From the NCBI GenBank assembly GCA_043775075.1, contig JAYVSS010000230.1, positions 1-47,182 of the forward strand: DNA of 47,182 bases, read 5' to 3'. This document shows, in pieces, positions 1 to 9,556 of this stretch (positions within the stretch are counted from its first letter, which is position 1; each line of letters starts with the position of its first letter). The notes below the pieces were generated by a model, which searched no databases, was not told the origin of the DNA, and saw nothing but the letters and a program-made list of their open reading frames with translations. The stretch comes from Acidimicrobiia bacterium (GTDB lineage Bacteria; Actinomycetota; Acidimicrobiia; Acidimicrobiales; JANYDT01). The position numbers and the translations under genes are program-made.

Positions 1-1321
1 GAACCGCGACCTTGAGGTCGGCCTCGTCCTGGACCGTCATCGACGGGATGGCGAGGTTGGTATCGGGCAGATTGATGCCTTTGCCACCGCGAAGGCGCAC
101 GCCGCCAGGTCGGGCGTCGATGATCCGCAAGCCGAGTTCCGCGTCGCTGCGCGACTCGATGATCGCGCCGATCTTGCCGTCGTCGAACCACACGTGGTGT
201 CCGATTTCGGCGTGGTCGAAGACCTCCGGCAGGGTGCAGGAGACCCGCGCCGATCTACCTCGGGGGATCCACGGCTCGTCCGGCTTGCGGGTGAGCACGA
301 GCGCGTCGCCGACGGCCAGGGTGACGAAGGGGTCTTGGGTCGGCAGGAGACCGACGAGGGCTTTGCGCGGCTTGCCGGGGCCGTTCAGATTCAAGGTCAC
401 GCCGCTCTCGAAGTACGTCGTCTTCATCACTTCGGCGAGTACCCCCTGTTTGTCGACGTGAAGCACCCGGATCCGGCGCTTTGCATCTCGCGCATCGAGC
501 AGGTGGATCGTGTGGTTGACGCGGCACGACGCCAGCCACGCCTCGTCGTCAACCGGGATGGCGACGGCATCGATCGATGGGGACACCCCGGGTGAGACCG
601 GTGGGTGAAGCCACACAAGTGCCGGTGCCAGCACGACACCCCGGGAGTCGCGGCGGGGTGCGACCCGAAGCACCGCCGCCCCTGGCGGCAACACGCCCGT
701 TCGCAACTTGGGCCCGGCGAGATCCATCGCAACGAGGCACGGATGACCGGTCGCGACCGCTGCTGCGCGAACGTGCTCAGCCATCGCCTTCCAGTCGGCG
801 GCACTGTCGTGGGCGCAGTTGATGCGTGCCACGTCCATGCCCGCGCCAACGAGCTCACCGGCGAGCGTCTTGTCGGTAGCGGCCTTGGCCGGCAACGTCA
901 CCATGACCCGCGTGACCCGGCCGGCAGCGAGCGAACCGAGCAACAGATCAGCGTTGTCCTCGAGCCGAGGCGCATGTCCAGCGAAAGGCCGGGTGTCTCC
1001 TGTTCCGGCCAGTCCCTCCAGGCGACGCAGCACGTCCAGCACGGCATCGAGCGACGCCAGTACGTGGGCCTCGCAGCGCCCGAGCGATGAAAGCCCAAGG
1101 CTCGCGAGCTCCTCCTGCACGGCGCGCAGGTCATGGCGTCGAAGGGCCACGTAGTGCACGAGGTTCCGGGCGCTCTCGGCTCGACTCGGGCGGACCTTGG
1201 CGAGGAGGCGGGCGAACTCGGTTTCGGCTGCGACGCAGTTCGCCCGGAGCTCTTCGAGAGATTCGAGCAATGCCCCTTCCCTATTGGTCGGGCCCGACCG
1301 TCTGCTCGCCTTCGACTGCAT
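1..1321 (-). CDS. pyk: Pyruvate kinase, long actinobacterial type (3' end lies outside the window)
   Basis: Missing from the ORF track because it has no stop in the window. Manual minus-strand translation from ATG 1321 gives SARNLVHYVALRRHDLR..LGLSSLGRCE, RVMVTLP, GMDVARINCAH, MDLAGPKLRTG, VWFDDGKIG and KGINLPD. Alternative GTG start at 1342. Confidence 0.9.
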   Translation of the reverse strand, partial: MQSKASRRSGPTNREGALLESLEELRANCVAAETEFARLLAKVRPSRAESARNLVHYVALRRHDLRAVQEELASLGLSSLGRCEAHVLASLDAVLDVLRRLEGLAGTGDTRPFAGHAPRLEDNADLLLGSLAAGRVTRVMVTLPAKAATDKTLAGELVGAGMDVARINCAHDSAADWKAMAEHVRAAAVATGHPCLVAMDLAGPKLRTGVLPPGAAVLRVAPRRDSRGVVLAPALVWLHPPVSPGVSPSIDAVAIPVDDEAWLASCRVNHTIHLLDARDAKRRIRVLHVDKQGVLAEVMKTTYFESGVTLNLNGPGKPRKALVGLLPTQDPFVTLAVGDALVLTRKPDEPWIPRGRSARVSCTLPEVFDHAEIGHHVWFDDGKIGAIIESRSDAELGLRIIDARPGGVRLRGGKGINLPDTNLAIPSMTVQDEADLKVAV

Positions 1322-1440
1322 TGCCACCCCGTCCTTGACCACATGGTCGTCGCTCACAACCTACGCAGTGCTCCCGGCGCCCAAGCCAACCGTCCATGTC
1401 CGCCCGATGAACCGGCGGACAACAGTTGCCATGTGATGAT

Positions 1441-2313
1441 TCAGACGTCGACGAGTTTGCTTCGGGCGATGTTCTCGGCTTGTTCGACGGGGGCACCGAA
1501 ACGCATCACCCGTCCCCCGAAGGCGACCGAGAGCAACGCGAACCACGCCCACCCGAGGAAGAGGCCCGCTACGACGTCCGTCAGCCAGTGCACCCCGAGG
1601 AGGACCCGGGTGCTGGCCACGGCAACGGCAATTCCGGTTGCGGCGCCGCCGAGAACGGCCTTGGTGTTCGTCGAACGCCGCCGGCCCAGTATGAGTGCGA
1701 AGACTGCGTAGGACGCGGCTGACGCGGCGGCGTGGCCCGACGGGAACGAGGTCCCGGCGAAGCCAGTCAGTTGCGCGATGTTTGGGCGGGCCCGATCGAC
1801 CGTGAACTTGATGAGATTGGTTACGGCGAATTGTCCGCCCACGACGAGGACGAGCATCGGGACGACCGAACGGCGGAGTTTGCGATGGAACTCGATTGCG
1901 GCGACGACGAGGGATAGTGCGGCAACGGTGGGGTAGCCGCCGAGCAGGCTGATGAGCTTGAGTCCGCTCGTCGACCACGGTGTGGCGTGGTTTGCTCCCC
2001 ATGTGGCGAAACGCAGATCGAAGGCGGCAAGGCCCCGGTTGGTGCGGACCATTTCGAGGATGACGCCGAACGTAGACGCCGAGACGACGACGATGCCGAC
2101 TGCCGCGCTGAGGAGCAGCCCGGTTTCGGTGGCCGGGTCAAGGCGGGACCGCAACATCGACCGCAAACGCGGGTGTCGAACCATTTCGTCGACGACGGTG
2201 GCCGAAGTGACGTGAGGCGCTGCCGGGTCGCGGTGCGGCCATCGACGAATGGCGAGCAAGACCGCCGCCGCAGGCGGTATGGCGACCAGAGGAACAACGA
2301 GCAAGGGGCCCAC
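1441..2313 (-). CDS. PAP2-family membrane phosphatase
   Basis: Motifs KFTVDRARP, SFPSGH and TRVLLGVHWLTDV; several hydrophobic helices. Confidence 0.9.
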   Translation of the reverse strand: MGPLLVVPLVAIPPAAAVLLAIRRWPHRDPAAPHVTSATVVDEMVRHPRLRSMLRSRLDPATETGLLLSAAVGIVVVSASTFGVILEMVRTNRGLAAFDLRFATWGANHATPWSTSGLKLISLLGGYPTVAALSLVVAAIEFHRKLRRSVVPMLVLVVGGQFAVTNLIKFTVDRARPNIAQLTGFAGTSFPSGHAAASAASYAVFALILGRRRSTNTKAVLGGAATGIAVAVASTRVLLGVHWLTDVVAGLFLGWAWFALLSVAFGGRVMRFGAPVEQAENIARSKLVDV

Positions 2314-2319
2314 GACTGA

Positions 2320-2349
2320 TGTTTACCCTCGAAAGACGGCGGGTAAACA
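2320..2349. promoter_or_regulatory. Palindromic bidirectional SigB/SigF-type promoter
   Basis: TGTTTACCC-N12-GGGTAAACA reads GTTT-N16-GGGTAA on both strands, each 9 nt before a PAP2 start codon. Confidence 0.7.
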
Positions 2350-2355
2350 ACGACC

Positions 2356-3132
2356 ATGACCAGCTCGCCGGCCGCACGTCCGTCGCCGCACTCCCACGCC
2401 GAATCGCCCTCAGCGTCCTCATACGAGGTTGACCGTGCGTCGTCGGATTGGCGATGGAACGACTTCGCCGCTCGGGTCGTGATCATGTATGTCGTCACGA
2501 GCATTCTTCTTATCGGTGTCGGCCTTCTCATCGTTCACCCGCTTGGCGGTTCGGGGCTCGTTCATTGGGATGAGGGTGTGGTGCGGTGGTTTGCCAATCA
2601 TCGGACTTCGCGTCTTACGACGTTGTCTGCGTTCTGGTCGAAGTCGGGCGATGCGCCATCGATTGTGGCCGTCGGCGTCGTCGTCGCAATCTTCCTTGGA
2701 GTGCGGCGGCACTGGCGTGAGATGTTCGTTCTGGCCATGATCCTGGCGGTCGAACTCGGGACGTTTCTGACGATCTCGTATGCGGTCGGGCGAAAACGAC
2801 CCACCGTGGCGCATTTGGGATCGGTGCCGAGCACCGGCAGCTTCCCTTCAGGCCACATCGCCGCAACGATCGTGCTGTACGGGTTCATCGCGGTGATGCT
2901 CCACCGCTTCGCCGTACCGGCATTCCTGCAGGCGATGGCGCTGTTGTGGACCGTTGTTGCCGCCATTTCCGTCGGATGGGCACGGATGTACCGAGGCATG
3001 CATCACCCGCTCGATGTGGCCGCCGGTGCGGTCGTGGGTATTGCCGTGCTCGGCGGGTTCGTACTCGCACTGCGGACCACGAGTTGTGTTGATGAGCCCT
3101 TCAGACATTCAACAACAGGAGTTTCCTCATGA
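2356..3132 (+). CDS. PAP2-family membrane phosphatase
   Basis: Motifs VGRKRP, SFPSGH and ARMYRGMHHPLDV. Confidence 0.9.
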   Translation: MTSSPAARPSPHSHAESPSASSYEVDRASSDWRWNDFAARVVIMYVVTSILLIGVGLLIVHPLGGSGLVHWDEGVVRWFANHRTSRLTTLSAFWSKSGDAPSIVAVGVVVAIFLGVRRHWREMFVLAMILAVELGTFLTISYAVGRKRPTVAHLGSVPSTGSFPSGHIAATIVLYGFIAVMLHRFAVPAFLQAMALLWTVVAAISVGWARMYRGMHHPLDVAAGAVVGIAVLGGFVLALRTTSCVDEPFRHSTTGVSS

Positions 3133-4073
3133 AAGAGTCAAAGGTGGTGCACGACCAACCGGTCATGGCGCGCATCGCGGTGATCGCTCATACGGACAAG
3201 GTCCTGGGCGGGGGTCTGAATGAGCTTCGGACCGTGCTCGGCGAATTCGGGGTGCGCGAACCCCTGTGGTCGGAGGTGGACAAGAGCCGAAAGGCCCCGA
3301 AGCGCGTCCGCGCCGCTATCGACGCGGGGGCCGAGCTTCTGATCGTGTGGGGCGGCGATGGGATGGTCCAGCAGTGCGCCAGCGTGGCCGCCGGGTCGAA
3401 CGTGCCGATGGCCATCCTCCCGGCCGGGACGGCCAATCTGCTGGCGACGAACCTGGGGATCCCGACAGACATTGGCGAGGCCGTGAAGATTGCGCTGCAC
3501 GGCGTTCGTCATCCCATCGACGTCGGAACGATGAACGGCGAGACGTTTGCCGTGATGGCCGGCGCGGGCTTCGACGGTGCCATGATCGCCGATGTTGACG
3601 GCGCCACCAAGGAACGACTCGGGCGGGTTGCTTACGTGCGGGGGAGCGTCAAGGCAATGGCGGCGAAACGCACCAAGGTGAAGATCCGAGTCGACGGAGA
3701 ACCGTGGTTTGATGGCCCGGCTAGCTGCGTTCTCATCGGCAATGTCGGCACCGTCATCGGCGGGCTACGGGTGTTCGAGACGGCTTCCCCGACCGACGGG
3801 CTCCTCGACGTCGGGGTGATAAGTGCCGAGGGCCGCTTGCAATGGCTGCGGGTTCTCGGCCGCGTGGTCGGACATGGAGACGTCGATAAGTCACCGCTTG
3901 TCCAGTCGACCAAGGCCCACAAGATCGACGTTCACTTCGCCGACAAGCTCCGCTACGAACTCGACGGCGGAGCACGGACCATGACACGCGATTTGAAAGT
4001 ACGCGTACGACCCGGCGCACTGATTGTCTGTGTCCCGCAACCACCGATCGACGTCGCCCCGATCGATCGGTGA
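3129..4073 (+). CDS. Diacylglycerol/lipid kinase family protein (YegS/DgkB-like)
   Basis: WGGDG, LPAGTANLLA, AGAGFDG and ELDG motifs; ATGA overlap with the PAP2 gene; AGGAG RBS. Confidence 0.9.
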   Translation: MKESKVVHDQPVMARIAVIAHTDKVLGGGLNELRTVLGEFGVREPLWSEVDKSRKAPKRVRAAIDAGAELLIVWGGDGMVQQCASVAAGSNVPMAILPAGTANLLATNLGIPTDIGEAVKIALHGVRHPIDVGTMNGETFAVMAGAGFDGAMIADVDGATKERLGRVAYVRGSVKAMAAKRTKVKIRVDGEPWFDGPASCVLIGNVGTVIGGLRVFETASPTDGLLDVGVISAEGRLQWLRVLGRVVGHGDVDKSPLVQSTKAHKIDVHFADKLRYELDGGARTMTRDLKVRVRPGALIVCVPQPPIDVAPIDR

Positions 4074-4110
4074 CGCCGACCGTAAGCGACGCAACCGATA
4101 CCGGTGTACC

Positions 4111-4182
4111 GGGCTTAGAGGGCTCAGAGGGCTCAGAGGGCGGTGAGGGCTTAGAGGGCTTAGAGGGCTTAGAGGGCGGTGT
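4111..4182. repeat. 8 x 9-nt tandem repeat GGGC(TTA/TCA/GGT)GA, organised as a duplicated 36-mer
   Basis: gggcttaga gggctcaga gggctcaga gggcggtga gggcttaga gggcttaga gggcttaga gggcggtgt; overlaps the stop of the PhoD-like gene. Confidence 0.95.
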
Positions 4183-5830
4183 CTATGACCATTTCAAGGA
4201 TGTGGTTACCGTCATTGTCGGTTCTTGCCCGCTCAATCACCACGTGCATTTCCCGTCCTTGGATGGTGAGCAGACCCATCTCGTTGGCGAACTCCGGCCC
4301 TTGGGTGATGGTCCACGACGCCCGCTGTCTCTTGGCACCGATGCTGCGAGTCATGAGGCCACCAATCCCTCTGCCGACCCGGCTGACGGCGAAGCGCATC
4401 ACCCGTCGGTGCCGGCGAGCGAGCGAGTTCCGGATCGGTGAGCTGACGATCTGGTACACCCGGCTGGCGGCACGCTCGGTGGCCAAGTCGTGGACCGGTG
4501 CGTCGTCGAAGGAGGCCGCCGCGACGAAGCTGAAGTGGATATCACCTGAGAGGATCGAAATGGTGGCCGGGCTCTGCGGTCCGGTGCGGATGTCGTCGAT
4601 CATCGTTAGAAGCCGGCGGAGGGAGGGCTCAAATGCCGGCCAGTCTTCGAGATCGAGAGCACGGCGAAGCCACTCGGAGCCATGGCCAATCAGCGATCCC
4701 CATCGCCCGTCGCAGAGGGCCGCGTTCCATTCCTGGAAGCCGTGCAGACCACCGGGCACCATCACCGGCAGCGACGTGCCGAGCAGAAGGTGGTCGGCCT
4801 CCACCCTCGCCTGCTCCTCGACCCAAGCCCATTCTTCCGCGCCGATCATCGCCCGTTCGGGTTCGAGGTTGCGACCGTTGCGGCAGTCGATGACGACGAG
4901 CCGGGTTCGGTCCAGTTGGCGGGCGTAGCTGAATCGGTAGCCGCCCTCAATGGGGGTGAGGCGTTCAGACTCCTGCGCCCACTCGCGCAGGTAGGGGAGG
5001 CCGTCACCGCCGCGCTGAAGGCGATCGAGCATGCCCTCGGCCCGGATCTCCTCCGGTGACAGGTTCCCGAGGTGCTGGTAGATCCAGTAGGAGATCAGCC
5101 CGCCGATGATGTGGTCGTTCCACCACGGCAGCGCCCTCGTTTTGCGTACCCACGACTCCGAGATGTTCCAGTCGTCGATCATGTCGTGATCGTCGAAGAT
5201 CATGGCGCTCGGCACCACTGACAACACCCAGCGTTCCACGTCGGGTTGCCACGCTTCCTGGTAGAGCCACGTGTACTCCTCGAACCCGCCCACCATCTCG
5301 GGCGGTGTGGTGTCATCAGGTGATCGATCGCGCATACGCTCCATCGTTCCGGGCGACGGCTCATCGGCGTAGACCTGGTCACCGAGGAGCAGCAGGAGTT
5401 GCGGCCATTCCTCCGGATCCTGTTTAAGCATGCGAAGGCCGTGGGCCCGCAGCGAGTCGACGCCCTTACCTTTCGGGTCCTCGGTCGGCGACCTGGTCCA
5501 AGGTTCCTCGTGCGGGGCCGCGGCTCGACACGAACCGAACAGCAACCGCAGCGGACCGCGCTGTCCAAGGGTCCGAATCACACTTGGGGGCATCACACTG
5601 ATTGCCGGTGGCCAGCATCTCGAACCGTCTACCTGGACCGTGTACTCGGTGGTCGTGCCCGGCGTGAGACCCTCGATGATGACCAGGGCGTAGTGATGGG
5701 CGGCGACCTCGAACGTCGATGCGACGGCGCCAAGGATCTCGATCCTCGCCGGTCGATCGGTCTCGACGAAGATCGTCGCCGAGCGCTCGGTGACGTGGCG
5801 CAGCATGGGTCCGACAACGATCTCCGTCAC
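4169..5830 (-). CDS. Alkaline phosphatase D (PhoD-like) family protein
   Basis: VGPMLRHV start; FGSCR, LLGDQVYADE, IFDDHD, LEDW and LSGDIH motifs; no evident Tat signal; TAGGAT-N6-GTG suggests a leaderless transcript. Confidence 0.85.
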   Translation of the reverse strand: MTEIVVGPMLRHVTERSATIFVETDRPARIEILGAVASTFEVAAHHYALVIIEGLTPGTTTEYTVQVDGSRCWPPAISVMPPSVIRTLGQRGPLRLLFGSCRAAAPHEEPWTRSPTEDPKGKGVDSLRAHGLRMLKQDPEEWPQLLLLLGDQVYADEPSPGTMERMRDRSPDDTTPPEMVGGFEEYTWLYQEAWQPDVERWVLSVVPSAMIFDDHDMIDDWNISESWVRKTRALPWWNDHIIGGLISYWIYQHLGNLSPEEIRAEGMLDRLQRGGDGLPYLREWAQESERLTPIEGGYRFSYARQLDRTRLVVIDCRNGRNLEPERAMIGAEEWAWVEEQARVEADHLLLGTSLPVMVPGGLHGFQEWNAALCDGRWGSLIGHGSEWLRRALDLEDWPAFEPSLRRLLTMIDDIRTGPQSPATISILSGDIHFSFVAAASFDDAPVHDLATERAASRVYQIVSSPIRNSLARRHRRVMRFAVSRVGRGIGGLMTRSIGAKRQRASWTITQGPEFANEMGLLTIQGREMHVVIERARTDNDGNHILEMVIDTAL

Positions 5831-5891
5831 GGTGGAATCCTATAGCGACGATGCGGTGCTTCCTCTTGTGAACCCGGATCGTCCGCCGCAT

Positions 5892-5917
5892 GTTTCGATG
5901 GCGTCGGACCAGGGCAT
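5892..5917 (+). promoter_or_regulatory. SigB/SigF-type promoter
   Basis: GTTT-N16-GGGCAT, 8 nt before in-frame ATG 5926. Confidence 0.6.
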
Positions 5918-5925
5918 CGGTGTCT

Positions 5926-6786
5926 ATGCCATTAGTCTCCGGTGCCGGTCGAACCAGCGCTGCTGCGTTTTCCCGCGACCACCCGCTGCTCGTTGGCCTC
6001 GGCCGAGCCGGATGGTTCGTGAAGGGTCTCGTGTATCTGCTCGCCGGCGGGTTGGCCTTGATTGTGGTCGGACGTTCGTACGGTTCGAAACTGGTTAATG
6101 GACCCACGGAGGAGGCCAGTCCGACCGGTGCGATCAAGGAAGTGGCCAGCCTGGCCGGCGGACGGCTGCTCCTGGTTGTGCTTGCCGTAGGGCTGGTGTT
6201 CTATGCCGCCTGGCGCGTCGTCACTGCGGTGCTCCCCGGGAGCATGAGCGCCGAGGCGCTGGCCATGCGGATCGGCTACCTCGTCAGCGCCGTCATCTAC
6301 GCAACATTCAGTTTCACCGCGGTTTCGCTCGCTCGCCGTCCGACCCAGAACGCCGATGGGAACCAGAAGGTCACCGATATCAGCGGCCGACTGCTCGGAT
6401 CCACCGCAGGACGCTTCGTGCTCGGTGCGGCGGGAGCGATTGCCATCGGTGCCGGTCTGTACCGAACGGTGAAAGGGCTCCGTGGCGACGTGACCAACGA
6501 GCTCAACCTGGCCGGAATGTCCACGGCCCGGCGAACGCTAACAAAGCGACTCGGCATGATCGGCGAGATCGGGCGCGGCATCGCCATCGGACTCATCGGC
6601 TTTTTCCTTCTGCGGGCCGCCATCCACGTCAACGCGCAGGAAGCCACCGGGCTCGACGGAGCTCTCCACCGACTGACGAGCGACACATGGGGACGGGTGG
6701 TCGTGGCGATCATCGCCGTCGGATTCTTCCTTTACGGAATTCTCTGCATAGAGACGTTCAACCGCCGAACACTGCAAGCACCCTGA
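5926..6786 (+). CDS. DUF1206 membrane protein
   Basis: Three repeats of the R-x-G helix pattern (LGRAGWFVKGLVY, RIGYLVSAVIY, RLGMIGEIGRGIA) and GLDGAL. Start moved from 5890 on promoter geometry. Confidence 0.8.
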   Translation: MPLVSGAGRTSAAAFSRDHPLLVGLGRAGWFVKGLVYLLAGGLALIVVGRSYGSKLVNGPTEEASPTGAIKEVASLAGGRLLLVVLAVGLVFYAAWRVVTAVLPGSMSAEALAMRIGYLVSAVIYATFSFTAVSLARRPTQNADGNQKVTDISGRLLGSTAGRFVLGAAGAIAIGAGLYRTVKGLRGDVTNELNLAGMSTARRTLTKRLGMIGEIGRGIAIGLIGFFLLRAAIHVNAQEATGLDGALHRLTSDTWGRVVVAIIAVGFFLYGILCIETFNRRTLQAP

Positions 6787-6817
6787 AACAAGTGTCTTCG
6801 CCAGCGAAGGAGACGTC

Positions 6818-9496
6818 ATAGCTGCGGACACGGTCACGCTGGCTGGCGCTGCGTCGCAGACGATCGAGCAGGTGTTCGTTGCGTTGGGTTCGACGCGCGC
6901 TGGTCTGACGTCGGACGAGGCGGCGCATCGATTGACGGTGTGCGGCCACAACGTGTTGGCCAAGCACCGCGTCACGATCATCGCCGTGCTGTTTCGACAG
7001 CTCCGCAATCCGCTTCTGATCCTCCTCGCCGGCGCCGCCATCGTCTCTGGCGCAACGGGTGCCCCGACCGACGCAATCCTAATTGGGTTGATTCTGGCGC
7101 TCAGCGTGGGCCTCGGCTTCACCAACGAATACCGCGCCGAGCGAGCAGCAGTGGCGTTGCATTCCAGCATCCACCATCAGACCGTGGCCTGGCGCAACGG
7201 CGTGCGGGGAACAGTCAACGTTGCCGACCTTGTTCCGGGTGACGTCGTCGAGATGTCGGTCGGCGCCATTGTTCCCGCCGATCTTCGACTCGTCGAGGTC
7301 GCCCGGTTCGAGTGCGACGAGGCCGTGCTCACCGGCGAGTCCGCGACGGTGGCGAAATTCGTCACTGCCGTGGGCTCCGCCAGTTCGAACACTGAGATGG
7401 CAACGTGCGCGTTCATGGGCACCGTCGTCCATCAGGGCACAGCAACCGGTGTCGTGGTCGCCACCGGCGCCAACACGGCGTTCGGCAAGATTGCCGCCGG
7501 GCTGAGTGAGCGATCACCGATCACGGCGTTTCAGGTCGGGCTGAAAAGTTTCTCGAGGTTGCTTGTCGCCGTTGCGGCGGCGTTAACGATCTCGATTTTT
7601 GTGATCAATATCGTGTTGTCGCGTTCGTTGCTTGAAGCCTTGTTGTTTTCCCTGGCGATCGCCATCGGGATTACGCCGCAGCTCCTGCCGGCGATCGTCA
7701 GCGTGAGCCTCGCCACCGGCTCACGACATCTCGCCAAAAGCCATGTGCTCGTCAAACGTCTGGTCACCATCGAAGACCTCGGCAACATTGCACTGTTGTT
7801 CACGGACAAGACCGGCACGCTGACCGAAGGAGTGATCACCTTTGACCGCTCGATTAACGCCGAGGCCGCGGACTGTCCCGAAGTGTTCCTGCTCGGTTTA
7901 CTTTGCAACGAAGCCGCCATGACTCCCGACGGTCCGGTCGGCGGAAATGCTCTCGATCAGGCAATGTATCTCGCGCCGAACGCCGCAGTGGTGTTGGCCA
8001 GCGCCGATGGACCGACCTCTTACCGCCGGCTCGGTTCGCTCCCCTTCGATCATGATCGGCAGCTGGCCTCGGTGATCGTCGTCTCGGCTGCTGCTAATTC
8101 AACGCCGCTGTTCATCACCAAGGGGGCCCCCGAGGTCGTGCTCTCTCGATGCGTGGATGTGCCGGCGTCAGCGGCCGAAACGCTCGCCGGGCTTTTCGCT
8201 GACGGGGCGCGGACGATCGCCATCGCCACCCGATCGATGAAGGCCGAACATGACCAACGAGACCCCGTTCCCGACGACGAGCACTCGCTGCACTTCGCCG
8301 GGTTTGCCACGTTCATTGACCGCCCCAAGCAAGACGCCGGCGCGGCGATCCGGCAGTTGAACGCCCTCGGCATCTCGGTCAAGATCATCACCGGAGACAA
8401 CGGCGCCGTGGCCGTCAAGGTTTGTCATGACATCGGCATGGACGTCGGCGGAGTATTGACCGGCGACGAGATGGAGAAGTTCGACGACGACAAACTCGCC
8501 GCAGCTATTCCGGCCACCACGGTGTTCGCCCGTGTGGGTCCCAATCAGAAGGCCCGCATCGTGAAGATCGCCCGCCGTGACGGCGCCGATGTGGCGTTCA
8601 TGGGTGACGGGGTCAACGACGCAGTCGCCCTCCACACCGCCGACGTCGGCATCTCCGTGCATTCGGCAACCGATGTCGCCAAGGATGCGGCCGACATCGT
8701 GCTGCTCGACAAGGACCTTGGTGTGCTGGCTACCGGCGTGACTGAAGGTCGACGCATCTTCGCCAACACCCTCAAGTACGTGCTGATGGCCACGTCGTCG
8801 AATTTCGGCAACATGTTCAGTGCCGCCGGGGCGTCATTGTTTCTCAAGTTTCTACCCATGTTGCCCTCGCAGATCCTGCTCAACGGTCTGCTCTACGACG
8901 TGGGGCAACTAGCCATCCCCACCGATCGCGTTGACCCGGAGGTCCTGGCCCGTCCGGCCGGGTGGGACATTGCGTTCGTTCGACGGTTCATGCTCGTGTT
9001 TGGGCCGATCAGTTCGGTGTTCGACATTGCCACATTCATTGTGATGATCCATGTCCTTCATGCGGGTAAAAGTGAGTTCCGGACGGGTTGGTTTGTCGAA
9101 TCAATCGTTACCCAAACTCTCGTAATATTCCTGATTAGGACCCGACGTATTCCGTTCTTTCGCAGTCGACCAAGCCCACCGATGATCATCACGCCGATCA
9201 TCTCCGCAGCCATAGGGTTGGCGATTGCGTTCAGTCCGGCGGCACATATGCTCGGCTTCGCCGGCCTACCGATCGCCTTCTTCTTCATTTTGCTGGCGAT
9301 GATTGGTGCGTATCTGGTTCTTATCGAAAAGGCGAAGTCCTGGTTCTACCGCGCCGGTGAATCGCCGACTGAACTCCAGCGATCTGCCGTCGAACGTCAT
9401 GAGCACCGGGTCCGGAGACGGGCCGCCCGCTTCTCGCGCCACGGCGCTCCGAGTGGCATGGCGACGCGTAGACGCACGCCGACACCCCCTCGATGA
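6818..9496 (+). CDS. mgtA: Mg2+-translocating P-type ATPase
   Basis: LTGES, DKTGT, KGAPE, TGD, MGDGVND, SSNFGNMFS and TGWFVES motifs. First canonical start is GTG 6872; an SD-preceded in-frame ATA lies at 6818. Confidence 0.88.
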   Translation: MAADTVTLAGAASQTIEQVFVALGSTRAGLTSDEAAHRLTVCGHNVLAKHRVTIIAVLFRQLRNPLLILLAGAAIVSGATGAPTDAILIGLILALSVGLGFTNEYRAERAAVALHSSIHHQTVAWRNGVRGTVNVADLVPGDVVEMSVGAIVPADLRLVEVARFECDEAVLTGESATVAKFVTAVGSASSNTEMATCAFMGTVVHQGTATGVVVATGANTAFGKIAAGLSERSPITAFQVGLKSFSRLLVAVAAALTISIFVINIVLSRSLLEALLFSLAIAIGITPQLLPAIVSVSLATGSRHLAKSHVLVKRLVTIEDLGNIALLFTDKTGTLTEGVITFDRSINAEAADCPEVFLLGLLCNEAAMTPDGPVGGNALDQAMYLAPNAAVVLASADGPTSYRRLGSLPFDHDRQLASVIVVSAAANSTPLFITKGAPEVVLSRCVDVPASAAETLAGLFADGARTIAIATRSMKAEHDQRDPVPDDEHSLHFAGFATFIDRPKQDAGAAIRQLNALGISVKIITGDNGAVAVKVCHDIGMDVGGVLTGDEMEKFDDDKLAAAIPATTVFARVGPNQKARIVKIARRDGADVAFMGDGVNDAVALHTADVGISVHSATDVAKDAADIVLLDKDLGVLATGVTEGRRIFANTLKYVLMATSSNFGNMFSAAGASLFLKFLPMLPSQILLNGLLYDVGQLAIPTDRVDPEVLARPAGWDIAFVRRFMLVFGPISSVFDIATFIVMIHVLHAGKSEFRTGWFVESIVTQTLVIFLIRTRRIPFFRSRPSPPMIITPIISAAIGLAIAFSPAAHMLGFAGLPIAFFFILLAMIGAYLVLIEKAKSWFYRAGESPTELQRSAVERHEHRVRRRAARFSRHGAPSGMATRRRTPTPPR

Positions 9497-9556
9497 GTCC
9501 CTCCTCGTCGCCCAACGATGCAGGCCCCGCCCCGCAGACACGCGGCACCCGGTTCG

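Noticed and set aside
12-1344. Many short ORFs at the window start
   Set aside because: Off-frame or antisense to pyk, which is continuous in one frame.
4070-4441. 123-aa ORF with GLE repeats
   Set aside because: Formed by the 9-mer repeat and mostly antisense to the PhoD-like gene.
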